Assembly: GCA_050942615.1 (NCBI GenBank)
Contig: JBMNNQ010000002.1
Location: forward strand, 19,722-83,721
DNA: 64,000 bases
Reading direction: 5' to 3'
From: Dethiobacteria bacterium
GTDB taxonomy: Bacteria; Bacillota; Dethiobacteria; DTU022; UBA8154
Shown here: piece by piece, positions 18,908 to 28,902 of the stretch
Layout: the number at the start of each line of letters is the position of its first letter
How positions within the stretch are numbered: the first letter of the stretch is position 1
Made by a program: the position numbers and the translations under genes
Notes under the pieces: generated by a model
Told to the model about the DNA's origin: nothing
The model's input: only the letters and a program-made list of their open reading frames with translations
Database searches by the model: none

Positions 18908-20530
18908 ATGTTAAAGTTGAAAACAGTCACAAGTTATGAGGATGTGCAGGACTGTACAGTGGGGGAAGTGCTGGAACGGGGAGCCCTGTTATGTCCGGAT
19001 AAAGAAGCACTCGTGTTTGGCGCGAAAAGAATAAATTATTACGACCTGAACGTTCTGGTAGACAGCTTTGCGGCAGCGATTTCTGAACTGGGTTTTAAAA
19101 AAGGTGACAGGATTGCGATTGACCTTCCCAATTCACCGGAACTGGTTATTTCTTTTTTTGCCGCTGCAAAGTTGGGATTAATCGCAACTTGGCTAAATCC
19201 TTTGTATAGGGAAGCAGAGCTAAAGTTTATATTGGGAAATTCCAAGTCAAAAGGGATTATTTTGAAGTCGGGATTTCAGGAACATGATTATGCAGGTTCG
19301 GTTTTAAAAATGAAAAATGATCTTCCTGCATTACAATTTATTATTGATGTATCTGCAAGGCAGGATACCATAATGTTTGATGATTTGTTGAAAAAAGGTG
19401 CTCCCAAAAAGTATGTTAAGCCGGAAATTGATCCCCGGGAGGATTATGTGATGCTTATTTATACCTCCGGTTCCACGGGTATACCCAAGGGGGCTCCGCA
19501 TACACATTGGCAGGTAATTCGCCAGGGTTTTAACTACCAGCAATCCTTGGCTACAACTGCCGATGATATTTTTATTTCTTTTTTACCTCTATACCACCTT
19601 TTCGGCTTTGGCGCTTTGTTCATGAGTGTTTTATCCACGCAGGGAACGCTGGTCTTAATGGAAACGTATGACCGGGAGGAGGCTTTCCGTTTAATTGAAA
19701 GAGAAAAATGCACTGTTCACCACGCCGCGCCAACCCATTATATATTAAAGCTAAAGGATGACCTTTATAAAAATTATGATCTTTCTTCGCTACGGATCGG
19801 CTACACTTCCGGTTATGTGCCCCCGATGGAGCTGATGGTGGAAATAGAAGAAAAATTAGGCGTTGAGGTTTCTAACTTCTGGGGTTCTTCGGAGGCAGGG
19901 GGGGCACTGATTTTTGATCATAGTGACCCCTCCCGGGAAAAACGTTTTAAAACAGTAGGCAAACCAATTGAAATCATGGATATTAAAATAGTGGACCCTG
20001 AAACCCGGGCAGAAAAAGCGGTGGGCGAAGAAGGGGAACTAATGTGCCGTGGTCCGAACGTAATCAAGGGTTATTGGGAAAATCAGGCCGAAACAGAGGC
20101 GCATTTTGATGCCGACGGTTGGTTTGCTACCGGTGACCTAGCGTTTATTGATGAGGGCGGTTATGTAACCATTACCGGCAGAACTAAAGATCAAATAAAC
20201 CGGGGTGGGCTGAAGGTAACACCTTTTGAGCTGGAAAAAGAAATCAGCAAACACCCCAACGTGCATGAAGTTGCGATTGTGGCTACCCCCAACCCGGTAT
20301 TGGGAGAAAATATATGTGCCTGCGTTGTCCCGGCGCCAGGAAAGTCAGTTACCCTGGCGGAGATCCGTGACTTTTTAGATGGTAAGATAGCCAAAAATAA
20401 ATTGCCCGACGAGTTAAGCGTTTTTGACAGTTTCCCCCGGCTTGTCGGTGGGGTAAAGCTGAATAAGTTTGGCGCAGGAGGTATTAAAGAACTGGCCATT
20501 AATGATCAAAACAAGCAAAGTGTAAGGTAA
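18908..20530 (+). CDS. AMP-dependent synthetase/ligase (acyl-CoA ligase)
   Basis: Motifs YTSGSTGIPKGA, GSSEAGG, GDLAFIDEGGYVTITGRTKDQINRGGLKV. RBS AAGGGGAGG precedes ATG 18908; the longer ORF from 18884 lacks an RBS. Confidence 0.8.
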   Translation: MLKLKTVTSYEDVQDCTVGEVLERGALLCPDKEALVFGAKRINYYDLNVLVDSFAAAISELGFKKGDRIAIDLPNSPELVISFFAAAKLGLIATWLNPLYREAELKFILGNSKSKGIILKSGFQEHDYAGSVLKMKNDLPALQFIIDVSARQDTIMFDDLLKKGAPKKYVKPEIDPREDYVMLIYTSGSTGIPKGAPHTHWQVIRQGFNYQQSLATTADDIFISFLPLYHLFGFGALFMSVLSTQGTLVLMETYDREEAFRLIEREKCTVHHAAPTHYILKLKDDLYKNYDLSSLRIGYTSGYVPPMELMVEIEEKLGVEVSNFWGSSEAGGALIFDHSDPSREKRFKTVGKPIEIMDIKIVDPETRAEKAVGEEGELMCRGPNVIKGYWENQAETEAHFDADGWFATGDLAFIDEGGYVTITGRTKDQINRGGLKVTPFELEKEISKHPNVHEVAIVATPNPVLGENICACVVPAPGKSVTLAEIRDFLDGKIAKNKLPDELSVFDSFPRLVGGVKLNKFGAGGIKELAINDQNKQSVR

Positions 20531-20747
20531 AAATAACAAGCCTGCCCAAAGGTCAACGCCGGCAGTATGCTGCAAGGAAGGAAGGTCTCTAGGCATGCCG
20601 GGCAACCCTCCCTATTTAAGGAAAAGGGGCTCCGGGGTTGTTAACAGGGCAACCGTTATCGGCGGCGATCCAGCTTTCCGGTGAGGAATTATTTCCCCCG
20701 GGGAATTATGCCGGTGAAAGATCTGATTCAGGCAGGGTTTGAAGGAA

Positions 20748-20780
20748 GGCGGGGGGAAAGAATCATGCCCCCGCCTTTTA
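20748..20780 (+). terminator. Rho-independent terminator candidate
   Basis: Stem GGCGGGGGG/CCCCCGCC, 10-nt loop, then TTTTAGTTGTTTATTT. Confidence 0.5.
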
Positions 20781-21083
20781 GTTGTTTATTTCCGCAATAA
20801 TGTTTTAACAGGATCGTAACCTTATAAGGGTCTATTAAGGCTTCTGTGCCAGTTTTATCTTCAGGATTTTACCAATGGCACTTTTAAGGCAGCTCTTCGT
20901 ATTTTTACCAACAATTGCACCTGAAAACATTTCTGCCCGATCGGCAGTACAGCTTTGGTGTGCATTTATGGATCTGTGGTCAAAAACAGTGGGGCATGTT
21001 TGCTGCTGCGGTGGAAATAATAAAAAAACGGCCCATCCGGATAGCCACTGGCAGCCAAACATGAAAAGAGGAAAACTTTGACT

Positions 21084-21635
21084 ATGAACGTTGAAAAAAT
21101 AATTGATTTCCTGGAAACAGATAAAATGAGCATGTCTTTTTCCCCCAGGGGGTTGAAATTTTTATCCCTAAAGGCTAATCAGGGTGACATGTGTATGGAC
21201 TTGGGATCTTTTAACAAGGAACAGGCAGCAGGACGGCCTGTGGATCCCCTGGTAAAAAAGGTTCTGGAAGAAACCCTGCACTTTATTGAAACCGGCAAAC
21301 AGGAGATGCCCTTGGACTTTACGGCTTTTACGAATTTTCAGCAAAACGTTTTTGCGGCAGTCAGCAAGGTGGAGCCTGGAACAGTTGTCACCTATAAAGG
21401 TATTGCTGAAGTCCTCGGCAAACCGGGGGCCGCCCAGGCAGTGGGCAGCGCAGTTGCCAAAAACCCCGTTTCTTATTTTTTACCCACACACCGGGTTATT
21501 CCCCAAAGGGGCATCGGCATCTGCAGGACCGGGGCCGGTCATTTAAGGGAAAAGTTTTTAGCCCATGAAGGACATGATCTTGCCAAGTTGAAAGGGAATT
21601 ATGTCTGCACCAGAAAAAAATGCTGCATGGAATGA
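21084..21635 (+). CDS. Methylated-DNA-protein-cysteine methyltransferase (Ogt/MGMT)-like protein with Thr at the catalytic Cys position
   Basis: C-terminal DNA-binding/active-site domain: FQQNVFAAVSKVEPGTVVTYKGIAEVLG..AAQAVGSAVAKNPVSYFLPTHRVI. The conserved PCHRV is PTHRV here (codon ACA). Confidence 0.65.
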   Translation: MNVEKIIDFLETDKMSMSFSPRGLKFLSLKANQGDMCMDLGSFNKEQAAGRPVDPLVKKVLEETLHFIETGKQEMPLDFTAFTNFQQNVFAAVSKVEPGTVVTYKGIAEVLGKPGAAQAVGSAVAKNPVSYFLPTHRVIPQRGIGICRTGAGHLREKFLAHEGHDLAKLKGNYVCTRKKCCME

Positions 21636-21891
21636 TTTTACAGGGGATGCCAACAACCCCCCCCATATTATTTCTCCCTATTCCTCCACAACTGTGCAGG
21701 GAATAAGGTACAGGCTTTTTTTTACAGGGGAAATATAGCTGTCGACGGCAAACCTTATATATACAGGGCCGGGGGTTCCCGGTTAAAAAGGCAAGGGTAT
21801 TAAAATACCCGGCCTGGGGGCCCGCTGTAAAAGTAACAGCATTGGTTACAGTACTGTATTTAGATTGGGCCTGGCAATAATGTTTTTGTGA

Positions 21892-22218
21892 TTATTCCAC
21901 AGCTTTGATGTTGCTTATTTTTATCTTCTTTTCGCCGGTTGTTGCCGCCAGCAGCAGTGCTTTTTCACCTGCTATAAACCCCTTAACCACGCCGCTGATT
22001 TGATGGGTTTTATTGCCGCAAAATATTTTGATTATAATTTGTTTCCCATTTTGGCGGGATTGCTGTACCAAACGTTCCCACAGTTCAAACTGTTGGTCAT
22101 CAATACAGGGCGGGTTATGTTTTTCTTCAGCCTCTTTTTTGTGTTTAGCCAACGCTTTCCTATGTTCGGGCAACATCAGGGAACTGCAGAAAAACTGGTT
22201 GTAAAGTTTAAAACTCAT
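21892..22218 (-). CDS. YolD-like protein (often paired with Y-family polymerase genes)
   Basis: MLPEHRKAL...IDDQQFELWERL...KQIIIKIF...ISGVVKGFIAGEKALLL...IKISNIKAVE follows the YolD-like pattern. Start set at the internal Met (MSFKLY). Confidence 0.55.
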   Translation of the reverse strand: MSFKLYNQFFCSSLMLPEHRKALAKHKKEAEEKHNPPCIDDQQFELWERLVQQSRQNGKQIIIKIFCGNKTHQISGVVKGFIAGEKALLLAATTGEKKIKISNIKAVE

Positions 22219-22621
22219 CTTGTGGCCTCCCCGGTACAGGAACCTTTGTTTGGTACTATAGCATAATTTAAAGGATCTTACAAGAACACCGGTTTGCCAT
22301 GAAATATATCCCAAAAATTAAAACCCAGGCCGGGGCTGCGCCCCGGCTATTTGGATTAAGGTCCCGAAAAAGGCCCTGCTGGGCGGGAGCAATAGCTGTT
22401 TCAGTCTTTTGACCAGGAAAATTTCTGAAGTCCCCATAGCGAAATGGGGCTTGTTTTTTGTTGGCCTGTTCATAATTGAGTATAATTTCTAATGGATTTC
22501 TGGGTGTATCAAGAATTATGCCTCAATTTTTAACTTATATCTAGAGTGTCAGATGTATATGATAGGAGGCCGTTCCAGGGCGCCCCTCGGGTGCCGGTGC
22601 AGGTCCGGGCAGAAGACTAGA

Positions 22622-23200
22622 CTAGGGCAGACCCCAGATAACGATGCCGGCCAGACCGGCCAGGGCTATAAGCAGCAGGGGATGCAATTTGAATTTTAGC
22701 AGCGCAATAAAAACGGCCAACATGATCAGGCCTTCTGTAATGTTTAAAAAAGCAGCGGGCTTGAATTGTAAGGCCTGCAGGGTAACGGGTTTTTCCCTGA
22801 CCAGGGCTATTTCTGCTATAAAAACTGCTGCAGCAATAATCAAGCCGGTTACTGCCGGCCGGACACCATAAAAAACCATGGTAATTACCGGCTGGTCCCT
22901 AAACTTGAAAAAATAGCCTGCAATGATTAGTACCAGTACTATGGGGGGCAGGGACACCCCTGCCGTTGCGACGATGCTGCCTGCGAAGCCGGCTGTTCGA
23001 TAACCGATGTAAGTTGCAGCGTTTACTGCAATCGGCCCCGGGGTCATTTCGGCAATAGCAATAATATCGACAAGTTCGGTAGCGTGCAGCCAACCCCGGG
23101 CTGCTACCTCGCTCTGGATTAACGGGAGCATGGCGTAGCCGCCGCCAAAGCTGAAAAGACCCACCTTCACAAAGGATAAAAACAATTTAAGGTAAACCAT
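22622..23200 (-). CDS. chrA: Chromate transporter ChrA, half-size paralog 2
   Basis: FSFGGGYAMLPLIQSE motif. It overlaps the 3' end of paralog 1; start placed at MVYLKLF. Confidence 0.8.
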   Translation of the reverse strand: MVYLKLFLSFVKVGLFSFGGGYAMLPLIQSEVAARGWLHATELVDIIAIAEMTPGPIAVNAATYIGYRTAGFAGSIVATAGVSLPPIVLVLIIAGYFFKFRDQPVITMVFYGVRPAVTGLIIAAAVFIAEIALVREKPVTLQALQFKPAAFLNITEGLIMLAVFIALLKFKLHPLLLIALAGLAGIVIWGLP

Positions 23201-23825
23201 TGTTTTTATCCTTTGTTTTTGTAATTTCATTAACTTTCTGCGGCCAAAATTTATATACTGCCAAGCCATAAAGGGCACCGCTGAGGATAACCAGGATGGC
23301 ATGGATTTGAAGGACAACAATAAGCAGCACGGCTGCAGCAGTAGCTACCCAACTTACCAGATCCTTGAGGGAGGCTTTGCCTACCCTGATGGCTGCAACT
23401 GCAATTAAAGCGGCCACTGCCGGCCTGATGCCTCTGAATGCCGCTTCGATGATTTGATGCCCGCCATATTTGCCGAAAAAAGCAGCAATGATCACAATAA
23501 TAATGAAGGAGGGCAGGATTATCCCCAGGGAAGCGGCCCAAGCCCCTTTTCTTCCTTCCGTTTTAATGCCGATGAAGGTAGCAGTATTGATGGCGATGGC
23601 GCCGGGAACAGATTGCACCACGGCAAGCATATCCACAAATTCTTCTTTATTGATCCACTTTTTATGATCTGTAATTTCCCTTTCAATTAGCGGGAGCATG
23701 GCATAGCCGCCACCGAAGGTAAAAAGGCCGATCTTGAAAAAAAAGAAAAACAGCTCTGCAAGACGGTTGAATGCAAGCTGATTGAAATTTTTGGTATTCA
23801 TTCCTGAACACCCCGTTAAATTCAT
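23187..23825 (-). CDS. chrA: Chromate transporter ChrA, half-size paralog 1 (CHR family)
   Basis: FTFGGGYAMLPLIERE hallmark and a 6-TM profile. Confidence 0.8.
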   Translation of the reverse strand: MNLTGCSGMNTKNFNQLAFNRLAELFFFFFKIGLFTFGGGYAMLPLIEREITDHKKWINKEEFVDMLAVVQSVPGAIAINTATFIGIKTEGRKGAWAASLGIILPSFIIIVIIAAFFGKYGGHQIIEAAFRGIRPAVAALIAVAAIRVGKASLKDLVSWVATAAAVLLIVVLQIHAILVILSGALYGLAVYKFWPQKVNEITKTKDKNNGLP

Positions 23826-23898
23826 TTATTGCCTGCCTGGATGAATTTATTTTGTAGAATTGCTTTAAATAATACAATTCCTTTGGGTAACAGGTGTT

Positions 23899-24207
23899 TC
23901 AGCGTTGTTTTTTGAATTTCTCAAGCTCCTCCTGCAGAGTCTGAATTTGATCAAGCAGCTGCAAAATAACCCCTGTTCCTGCCAGGTTTATGCCCAGCAT
24001 GCGCTGTAACCGGAGTGCTTTAAAAATGCGCCGTACCTGGTCGACACGAATCATGTTTTCGCGTATTTCGATGACGCCCAGTTCATCCATTTCTGCCAGG
24101 ATTTTAGGGGATAAACCAACCGCTTCAATTTCTATCCAGGCATATTCCTCGCATAATTCGGGTTCAAAGCAATAAAGCTGTAGGTGTACTTTTTTCATAA
24201 AAATCAA
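23899..24207 (-). CDS. MerR-like chaperone-modulator protein (CbpM-like)
   Basis: About 100 aa with a helix-turn-helix MerR-like fold and a C-terminal coiled coil ([19 protein letters not shown]). Coupled to the J-protein gene by an ATGA overlap. Confidence 0.55.
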   Translation of the reverse strand: MIFMKKVHLQLYCFEPELCEEYAWIEIEAVGLSPKILAEMDELGVIEIRENMIRVDQVRRIFKALRLQRMLGINLAGTGVILQLLDQIQTLQEELEKFKKQR

Positions 24208-25253
24208 CCCTTGGCATGTAGTTTGGCGAGCTGCCGGTAAAGCTCCTTCTCTTCTGCACCTATCTGTGCAGGCAAGTCGATGGCTGCCCTATAAATAATG
24301 TCACCGCGTCCCCCGCCTTTTTGGGCGAGGCCTTTCCGGGCCAGCCGCAGCTTTTTGCCCCTGCGGGTTTGGGGGGGAACAATCAGGCGGACCGTGCCAT
24401 CCAGGGTAGGGACTTCTATTTTATCCCCCAGCGCGGCTTGCCAGGGGGAGAGGATCAGATCTGCCTCCAGGTTGTCGCCCTGCAGGGTAAAGACAGGGTG
24501 GGGGATCAACTTGATTTTCAGGTAAAGATCGCCCGGGGTTCCGGCTGCAGAGGAGCCTCCCTGTCCCTTCAGGCGAATTCTACTACCCGGGCGGACGTCG
24601 GGTGGCACTTTTATTTTTAAATTTTTGATTTCCGGAATCTGCCCGCTGCCGGCACATTGGGGGCAAAAGCTGTTACCTGCAATTCCGGTCCCCCCGCAGT
24701 TGGGACAAAAATCCTGGGCGGTGAGCTGGATGGTTTTTTCACTGTGCCGGTAGATCTCCTCCAGGGAAACCTCCAGTTCTGCTTCGGCGTCCATTCCCCG
24801 GCGGGGTTCCCATTGCGGCTGCCACCTTGTGCCGGCACCATGAAAAGCATCCCGGGGCCGGGAAGGTCCTTCCTGTCCCAAGCCTTCGAAAATAGCTGAG
24901 AAAAAATCGCTGAAGCCGGCATCGCCCGCACCACCGGTGGAACTGTAAAATCGGAAACCGCCGCGATCGGCGCCCTGTTGCCGTGCAAAATCCTGGTAGT
25001 TAAATGCATCACCTTGTTGCCAGTTGGCACCCAAACGATCGTACTTGGATTTTTTTTCAGAATCCCCTAAAACCTCGTACGCCTCATTTATTTTTTTAAT
25101 TTTCTTTTCTGCCTTTTCCTTATCTTTTTTGTCTGCATGCAGATCCGGATGGTGTTTTCTGGCCAACCTGCGGTATGCTTTTTTTATATCCTGTTGTGAA
25201 GCGTCCCGGGGAACACCCAAGGTTTCATAGTAATCCTGAAATTCGATCGCCAT
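24204..25253 (-). CDS. DnaJ-class chaperone (CbpA/DnaJ-like J-domain protein with reduced zinc finger)
   Basis: J domain DYYETLGV...HHPDLH. Only two CxxCxGxG repeats ([16 protein letters not shown]), followed by DnaJ C-terminal beta domains. Confidence 0.8.
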   Translation of the reverse strand: MAIEFQDYYETLGVPRDASQQDIKKAYRRLARKHHPDLHADKKDKEKAEKKIKKINEAYEVLGDSEKKSKYDRLGANWQQGDAFNYQDFARQQGADRGGFRFYSSTGGAGDAGFSDFFSAIFEGLGQEGPSRPRDAFHGAGTRWQPQWEPRRGMDAEAELEVSLEEIYRHSEKTIQLTAQDFCPNCGGTGIAGNSFCPQCAGSGQIPEIKNLKIKVPPDVRPGSRIRLKGQGGSSAAGTPGDLYLKIKLIPHPVFTLQGDNLEADLILSPWQAALGDKIEVPTLDGTVRLIVPPQTRRGKKLRLARKGLAQKGGGRGDIIYRAAIDLPAQIGAEEKELYRQLAKLHAKG

Positions 25254-25346
25254 TTTCCATGTTCACCACTTTCAGAAACAGTTGCCTGTCTTCCTTGTTC
25301 CCTATTTCATATTCTATCGGAATTCTAGCCGGAATGGCAAGTCCTT

Positions 25347-26168
25347 TTAGGATCCCCCCGCGGCAGCCTGTTTTGATTTTTCCAGGGAATAGTTGACTGT
25401 TACTTCCTCATCGGGGAAAGGAACTATGACCGGGATGCCCATAATTTCTACAATGTGCACATGCATTTCGTAGACTGCCTCTATGTTTTCAGGGGTCATG
25501 ACCTCCAACCCGCCATAGGAATAGACGAAAGAGTCCTTGAGGAATAAGAAACGGTCACAGTAGCGGATGGCTAGGTTGAGGTCGTGAATAACGATCGCCA
25601 CAGAGATATTGTGTTCCCGGGCAATTAACTTTACGGTGCGCAGCACTTCATGCTGGTTGCGTGGGTCAAGGTTGCTGGTGGGTTCGTCAAGCAGTAACAG
25701 CTTTGGTTCCTGGGCCAGCGCCCGGGCAAGCATCACCTTTTGTATTTCCCCGCCGGAAAGCTTGGCTACATTGCGCAGGGCAAAGTCTTCCAGCTGCATT
25801 TTTTGGATGATCTCGCGCACAATTTGCCGGTCTTCTGCCGTGGCATCCCATTTAATATACGGTTTGCGGCCTAAAAGGATGGCATCAAAAACGGTCATGT
25901 GCAATGACTTATTATCTTGTGCGACATAAGAAATGTTTTGGGCCATCACGTTTCTGGACATATTATACACGTTTTGCCCGTCAACCAGGACGACACCTTT
26001 CTGGGCGGGGCAGATGCGGTTGATACATTTAATCAACGTGCTTTTGCCCGCCCCATTGTTGCCCAGGATGGCAATGCATTGGCTTTTTTGGATATCAAAG
26101 CTGACATCCTCCAGTACATTGCTTGTACCCTGGTTATAGGTGAAAGTAAGTTCATCAATTTTAACCAT
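25347..26168 (-). CDS. ABC importer ATP-binding protein (FecE-like)
   Basis: GNNGAGKST, LSGGEIQKV, LLLLDEPTSNLD, IHDLN. Start taken at MVKIDELTF (ATG 26168), overlapping the permease stop. Confidence 0.85.
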   Translation of the reverse strand: MVKIDELTFTYNQGTSNVLEDVSFDIQKSQCIAILGNNGAGKSTLIKCINRICPAQKGVVLVDGQNVYNMSRNVMAQNISYVAQDNKSLHMTVFDAILLGRKPYIKWDATAEDRQIVREIIQKMQLEDFALRNVAKLSGGEIQKVMLARALAQEPKLLLLDEPTSNLDPRNQHEVLRTVKLIAREHNISVAIVIHDLNLAIRYCDRFLFLKDSFVYSYGGLEVMTPENIEAVYEMHVHIVEIMGIPVIVPFPDEEVTVNYSLEKSKQAAAGGS

Positions 26169-27240
26169 TACCCTGCAACCCCCTGAATAGTAGGTAAAGA
26201 AACATTGGTGCACCCAAAAAAGAAGTGATGGCCCCGATGGGCAGTATAACCGGTGCAATAGCCAACCGGGCGAAGGTATCGGCCAGGATGAGCAGCAGCG
26301 CCCCGGCTGATGCCGAACACGGAATTAGATAGCGGTAATCGTTGCCGATAAAACGGCGCATGATGTGAGGGGCTATCAACCCCACAAAACTGATAATGCC
26401 CACAAAGGATACGGCTACTGCTGCAGTCAGGGAACAGATGCCCATACTGATGATCATCACCGTTCTGGTGTTTACGCCCAGGCTTTTTGCTGTGTCCGCG
26501 CCGCTCTGCATGGCATTATAGTTCCAGCGGTTCAGTAGGAAATAGAGCAATGACAGCAAAAAGATCAAAGCTAAAATCAAAAGTTCTTTCCAACCCGCCG
26601 ATCCCAAGTTGCCAAAAGTCCAGAACACGACAGAGCTGATTTTTGTTTCGTCTGCAAAGTATTGCAGCAGAGCGCTGCTGCCGGCGAATAAAGAACTTAA
26701 GGCCACGCCGGCCAGGATAAGGCCGGCAGGCCCCAAATCCTTTTTGAACTGGGAGAGCACAATCACCACAACTGTGGAAAGGGAACCGCAGATAAAGGCA
26801 CACAAAGTTACAATATAAGGGTTGTTAATGGCCACTGCAGTGGCGGCAGAGGAAGATTGGACAACTCCGCCGCCAAAGACAATAATGCCCAGCGCCGCCC
26901 CGAAGGCAGCGCCCTGGGAGACGCCGAGCGTTGAAGCCGATGCCAGCGGGTTTTGCAATACGCACTGCATAACAGCACCCGAAACGGCTAAGGCGGCGCC
27001 CACCAGGATGGCTGCTGTCACCCGTGGCAGCCTGATGTTCATGATCACCGTCTGTGACTGTAGTTCTCCCCGGCCCATAATCGTTTTGGCTATTTCAGCA
27101 AGGGGGATCTTCAGGGAACCGGAACTGACTGCAAAAAGTGCAATGACAATAGTGACCAGCACAGAGATCATAAAGATCTGTTTCTTACGTTTAATAAAGT
27201 CCTGGTATAGTTCCAGTTGTGGGACATGGTTGTTTGCCAT
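26161..27240 (-). CDS. FecCD-family ABC importer permease
   Basis: RLPRVTAAILVGAALAVSGAVMQ...NPLASASTLGVSQGAAFGAALG motifs. Confidence 0.85.
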   Translation of the reverse strand: MANNHVPQLELYQDFIKRKKQIFMISVLVTIVIALFAVSSGSLKIPLAEIAKTIMGRGELQSQTVIMNIRLPRVTAAILVGAALAVSGAVMQCVLQNPLASASTLGVSQGAAFGAALGIIVFGGGVVQSSSAATAVAINNPYIVTLCAFICGSLSTVVVIVLSQFKKDLGPAGLILAGVALSSLFAGSSALLQYFADETKISSVVFWTFGNLGSAGWKELLILALIFLLSLLYFLLNRWNYNAMQSGADTAKSLGVNTRTVMIISMGICSLTAAVAVSFVGIISFVGLIAPHIMRRFIGNDYRYLIPCSASAGALLLILADTFARLAIAPVILPIGAITSFLGAPMFLYLLFRGLQGNG

Positions 27241-28370
27241 TAATTTTCACCGATGGTTACAGCACTGTAGCTTGCGCCAAAATTTTCAAGTTTGCTAAGA
27301 TAATCATCATCGCCAAGGAAAAATGCAAAGATTCCATTGGCCTTGTCTGCAAAAACTATATCCTTGAACTGCTCCGGGAAAATTATGCTTCCAATATAAT
27401 AACTGTTTACCAGGGGAATTTCAACGTTTGAATAGTAGGATGTGGCATTGGGATACTGATAGAGTTTTCCGTTTTGAAACGCCTGCAGGTGAGCGTAAAA
27501 ATCCGGGTTTTTCTTAAGATCTTCCTCAACAAGTGCCAAACCTGTATAGTCGAAAAAAATATATTCGGGGTTCCAGCCGATGATCTGCTCCTTGTCAACC
27601 AGCACACCATCAATTAAATCAGTAGAATCTTTGGTAACATCATTGGCATGCAGTATTTTGAAGATCTCATAGTTGGCATAAACGCCCTCGATGCCGTGGG
27701 AGCCTTTGAAGGTTGCCGCCGCCCCCAATACAGTGGGTTTATCCTCGTCGGGCACGTCTGCCGTTCTTGTTCTAAGATCCTGCAGGCAGTCGTTGATGAA
27801 GGTAATGACCTCTTCAGCCTTTTCTGGAACACCACAAACATCAGCCAGCAGGCGCAGGGCCTGTTCGTAATCCTCCCCAAACAGGGTTCCCAAGGGTACG
27901 GAAACCACCGGGATGCCGGTTTTGGTTTGAATTTCATCCGCCAAGTCCGGGGCATAGGAGCATAAAATCACATCGGGGTTAACTCTAATGATTTCTTCAG
28001 GGTAATAATCGGTTGCTCCGGCTGCATCAGTGCCAACAACGGGCAGATCTGCCCACAGGTCTTTGTTGGCATAGGCATAGGCTGTTACGGGGGTGATATT
28101 TTCAGCATCCATCCCGCCGATGCCCACAGCTTTGCCAGCCAGTCCTAAATACGTAATCATACGCGGTGTATTGGCCAGAGGAACAAAACTTTCCACTTTT
28201 GCGGGTATTTCCACCTCACGCCCAACCAAATCGGTTATTGTGCGGGTGGTTGCTTCCGCAGCCCCCCCGGGGTCGGTACCTGAAGGTTCACCAGAGGGGC
28301 TATCCCCACAGCCGGCAACCAGGCTAGAAGTGAGAACAACGACTAAAATGAACAAAGCAATTTTTTTCAT
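27240..28370 (-). CDS. Periplasmic-binding-protein lipoprotein (iron-chelate/heme/corrinoid-binding type)
   Basis: Lipobox LVAGCG. A class III PBP-like sequence at the head of a three-gene importer operon on the minus strand. Confidence 0.75.
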   Translation of the reverse strand: MKKIALFILVVVLTSSLVAGCGDSPSGEPSGTDPGGAAEATTRTITDLVGREVEIPAKVESFVPLANTPRMITYLGLAGKAVGIGGMDAENITPVTAYAYANKDLWADLPVVGTDAAGATDYYPEEIIRVNPDVILCSYAPDLADEIQTKTGIPVVSVPLGTLFGEDYEQALRLLADVCGVPEKAEEVITFINDCLQDLRTRTADVPDEDKPTVLGAAATFKGSHGIEGVYANYEIFKILHANDVTKDSTDLIDGVLVDKEQIIGWNPEYIFFDYTGLALVEEDLKKNPDFYAHLQAFQNGKLYQYPNATSYYSNVEIPLVNSYYIGSIIFPEQFKDIVFADKANGIFAFFLGDDDYLSKLENFGASYSAVTIGEN

Positions 28371-28902
28371 CAGTTTAAGTCCTTTCTGTATGTTATTCGC
28401 CAGGTATTAATCAACAGGTATTAATAAACAAGTTTTTTTAACTATTTTTTTGTTTGTTTTTGTCGAAACTATATTAACTGGTTTGTCGGACTGCCCCTAG
28501 GTTTTGTTGGCAACCCTGTTTCAGCACATAGGCGTTCACCAGCCTTCATTATAACGGCACTGGGCACCAGTGCTGTGTTATTAATTCGGTATAAGTGTTA
28601 CCTGACAAGCAAAAAAAATGTAGCAAACACACGCCTTACTGTATTTTCTGCCGATCCGTTATTATGTTGTTGGTATACAGCTAAACTTTTTCATCCAGCA
28701 TTTTTACATATTATTCTACAAAACCTTTAACCAGCCTTGTTAACTTGTTATTCTATATGTACTATTATTTATCCTGCTGTGTTACAGGTGTTTTTAAAAA
28801 TACTTTGATCGGCAAGCGGGGGATTTTTAAGGTAGAGAAAAACAACTGTAATATGGTAAGATTTAATGGAAAGAAACGGGTGTTTATAAGGAGGGTTATA
28901 AA

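Noticed and set aside
20531-20745. About 215-nt GC-balanced untranslated stretch between the ligase stop and its terminator, possibly a 3' UTR element or sRNA
   Set aside because: No recognisable structured-RNA motif. It is probably just a long 3' UTR.
22315-22621. Hairpin CCGGGGCUGCGCCCCGG near 22330-22350 as a terminator
   Set aside because: No convincing U-run on the relevant strand relative to either flanking gene. Left uncalled.
28371-28900. Cobalamin riboswitch upstream of the second FecCD importer (minus strand)
   Set aside because: Reverse-complement reading shows GGUGAAC and a CACUGG hairpin. There is no B12 box GCCACUG and no AGCCAGGAGACCUGCC or GGGAAGGC blocks, so it is not a B12 element.
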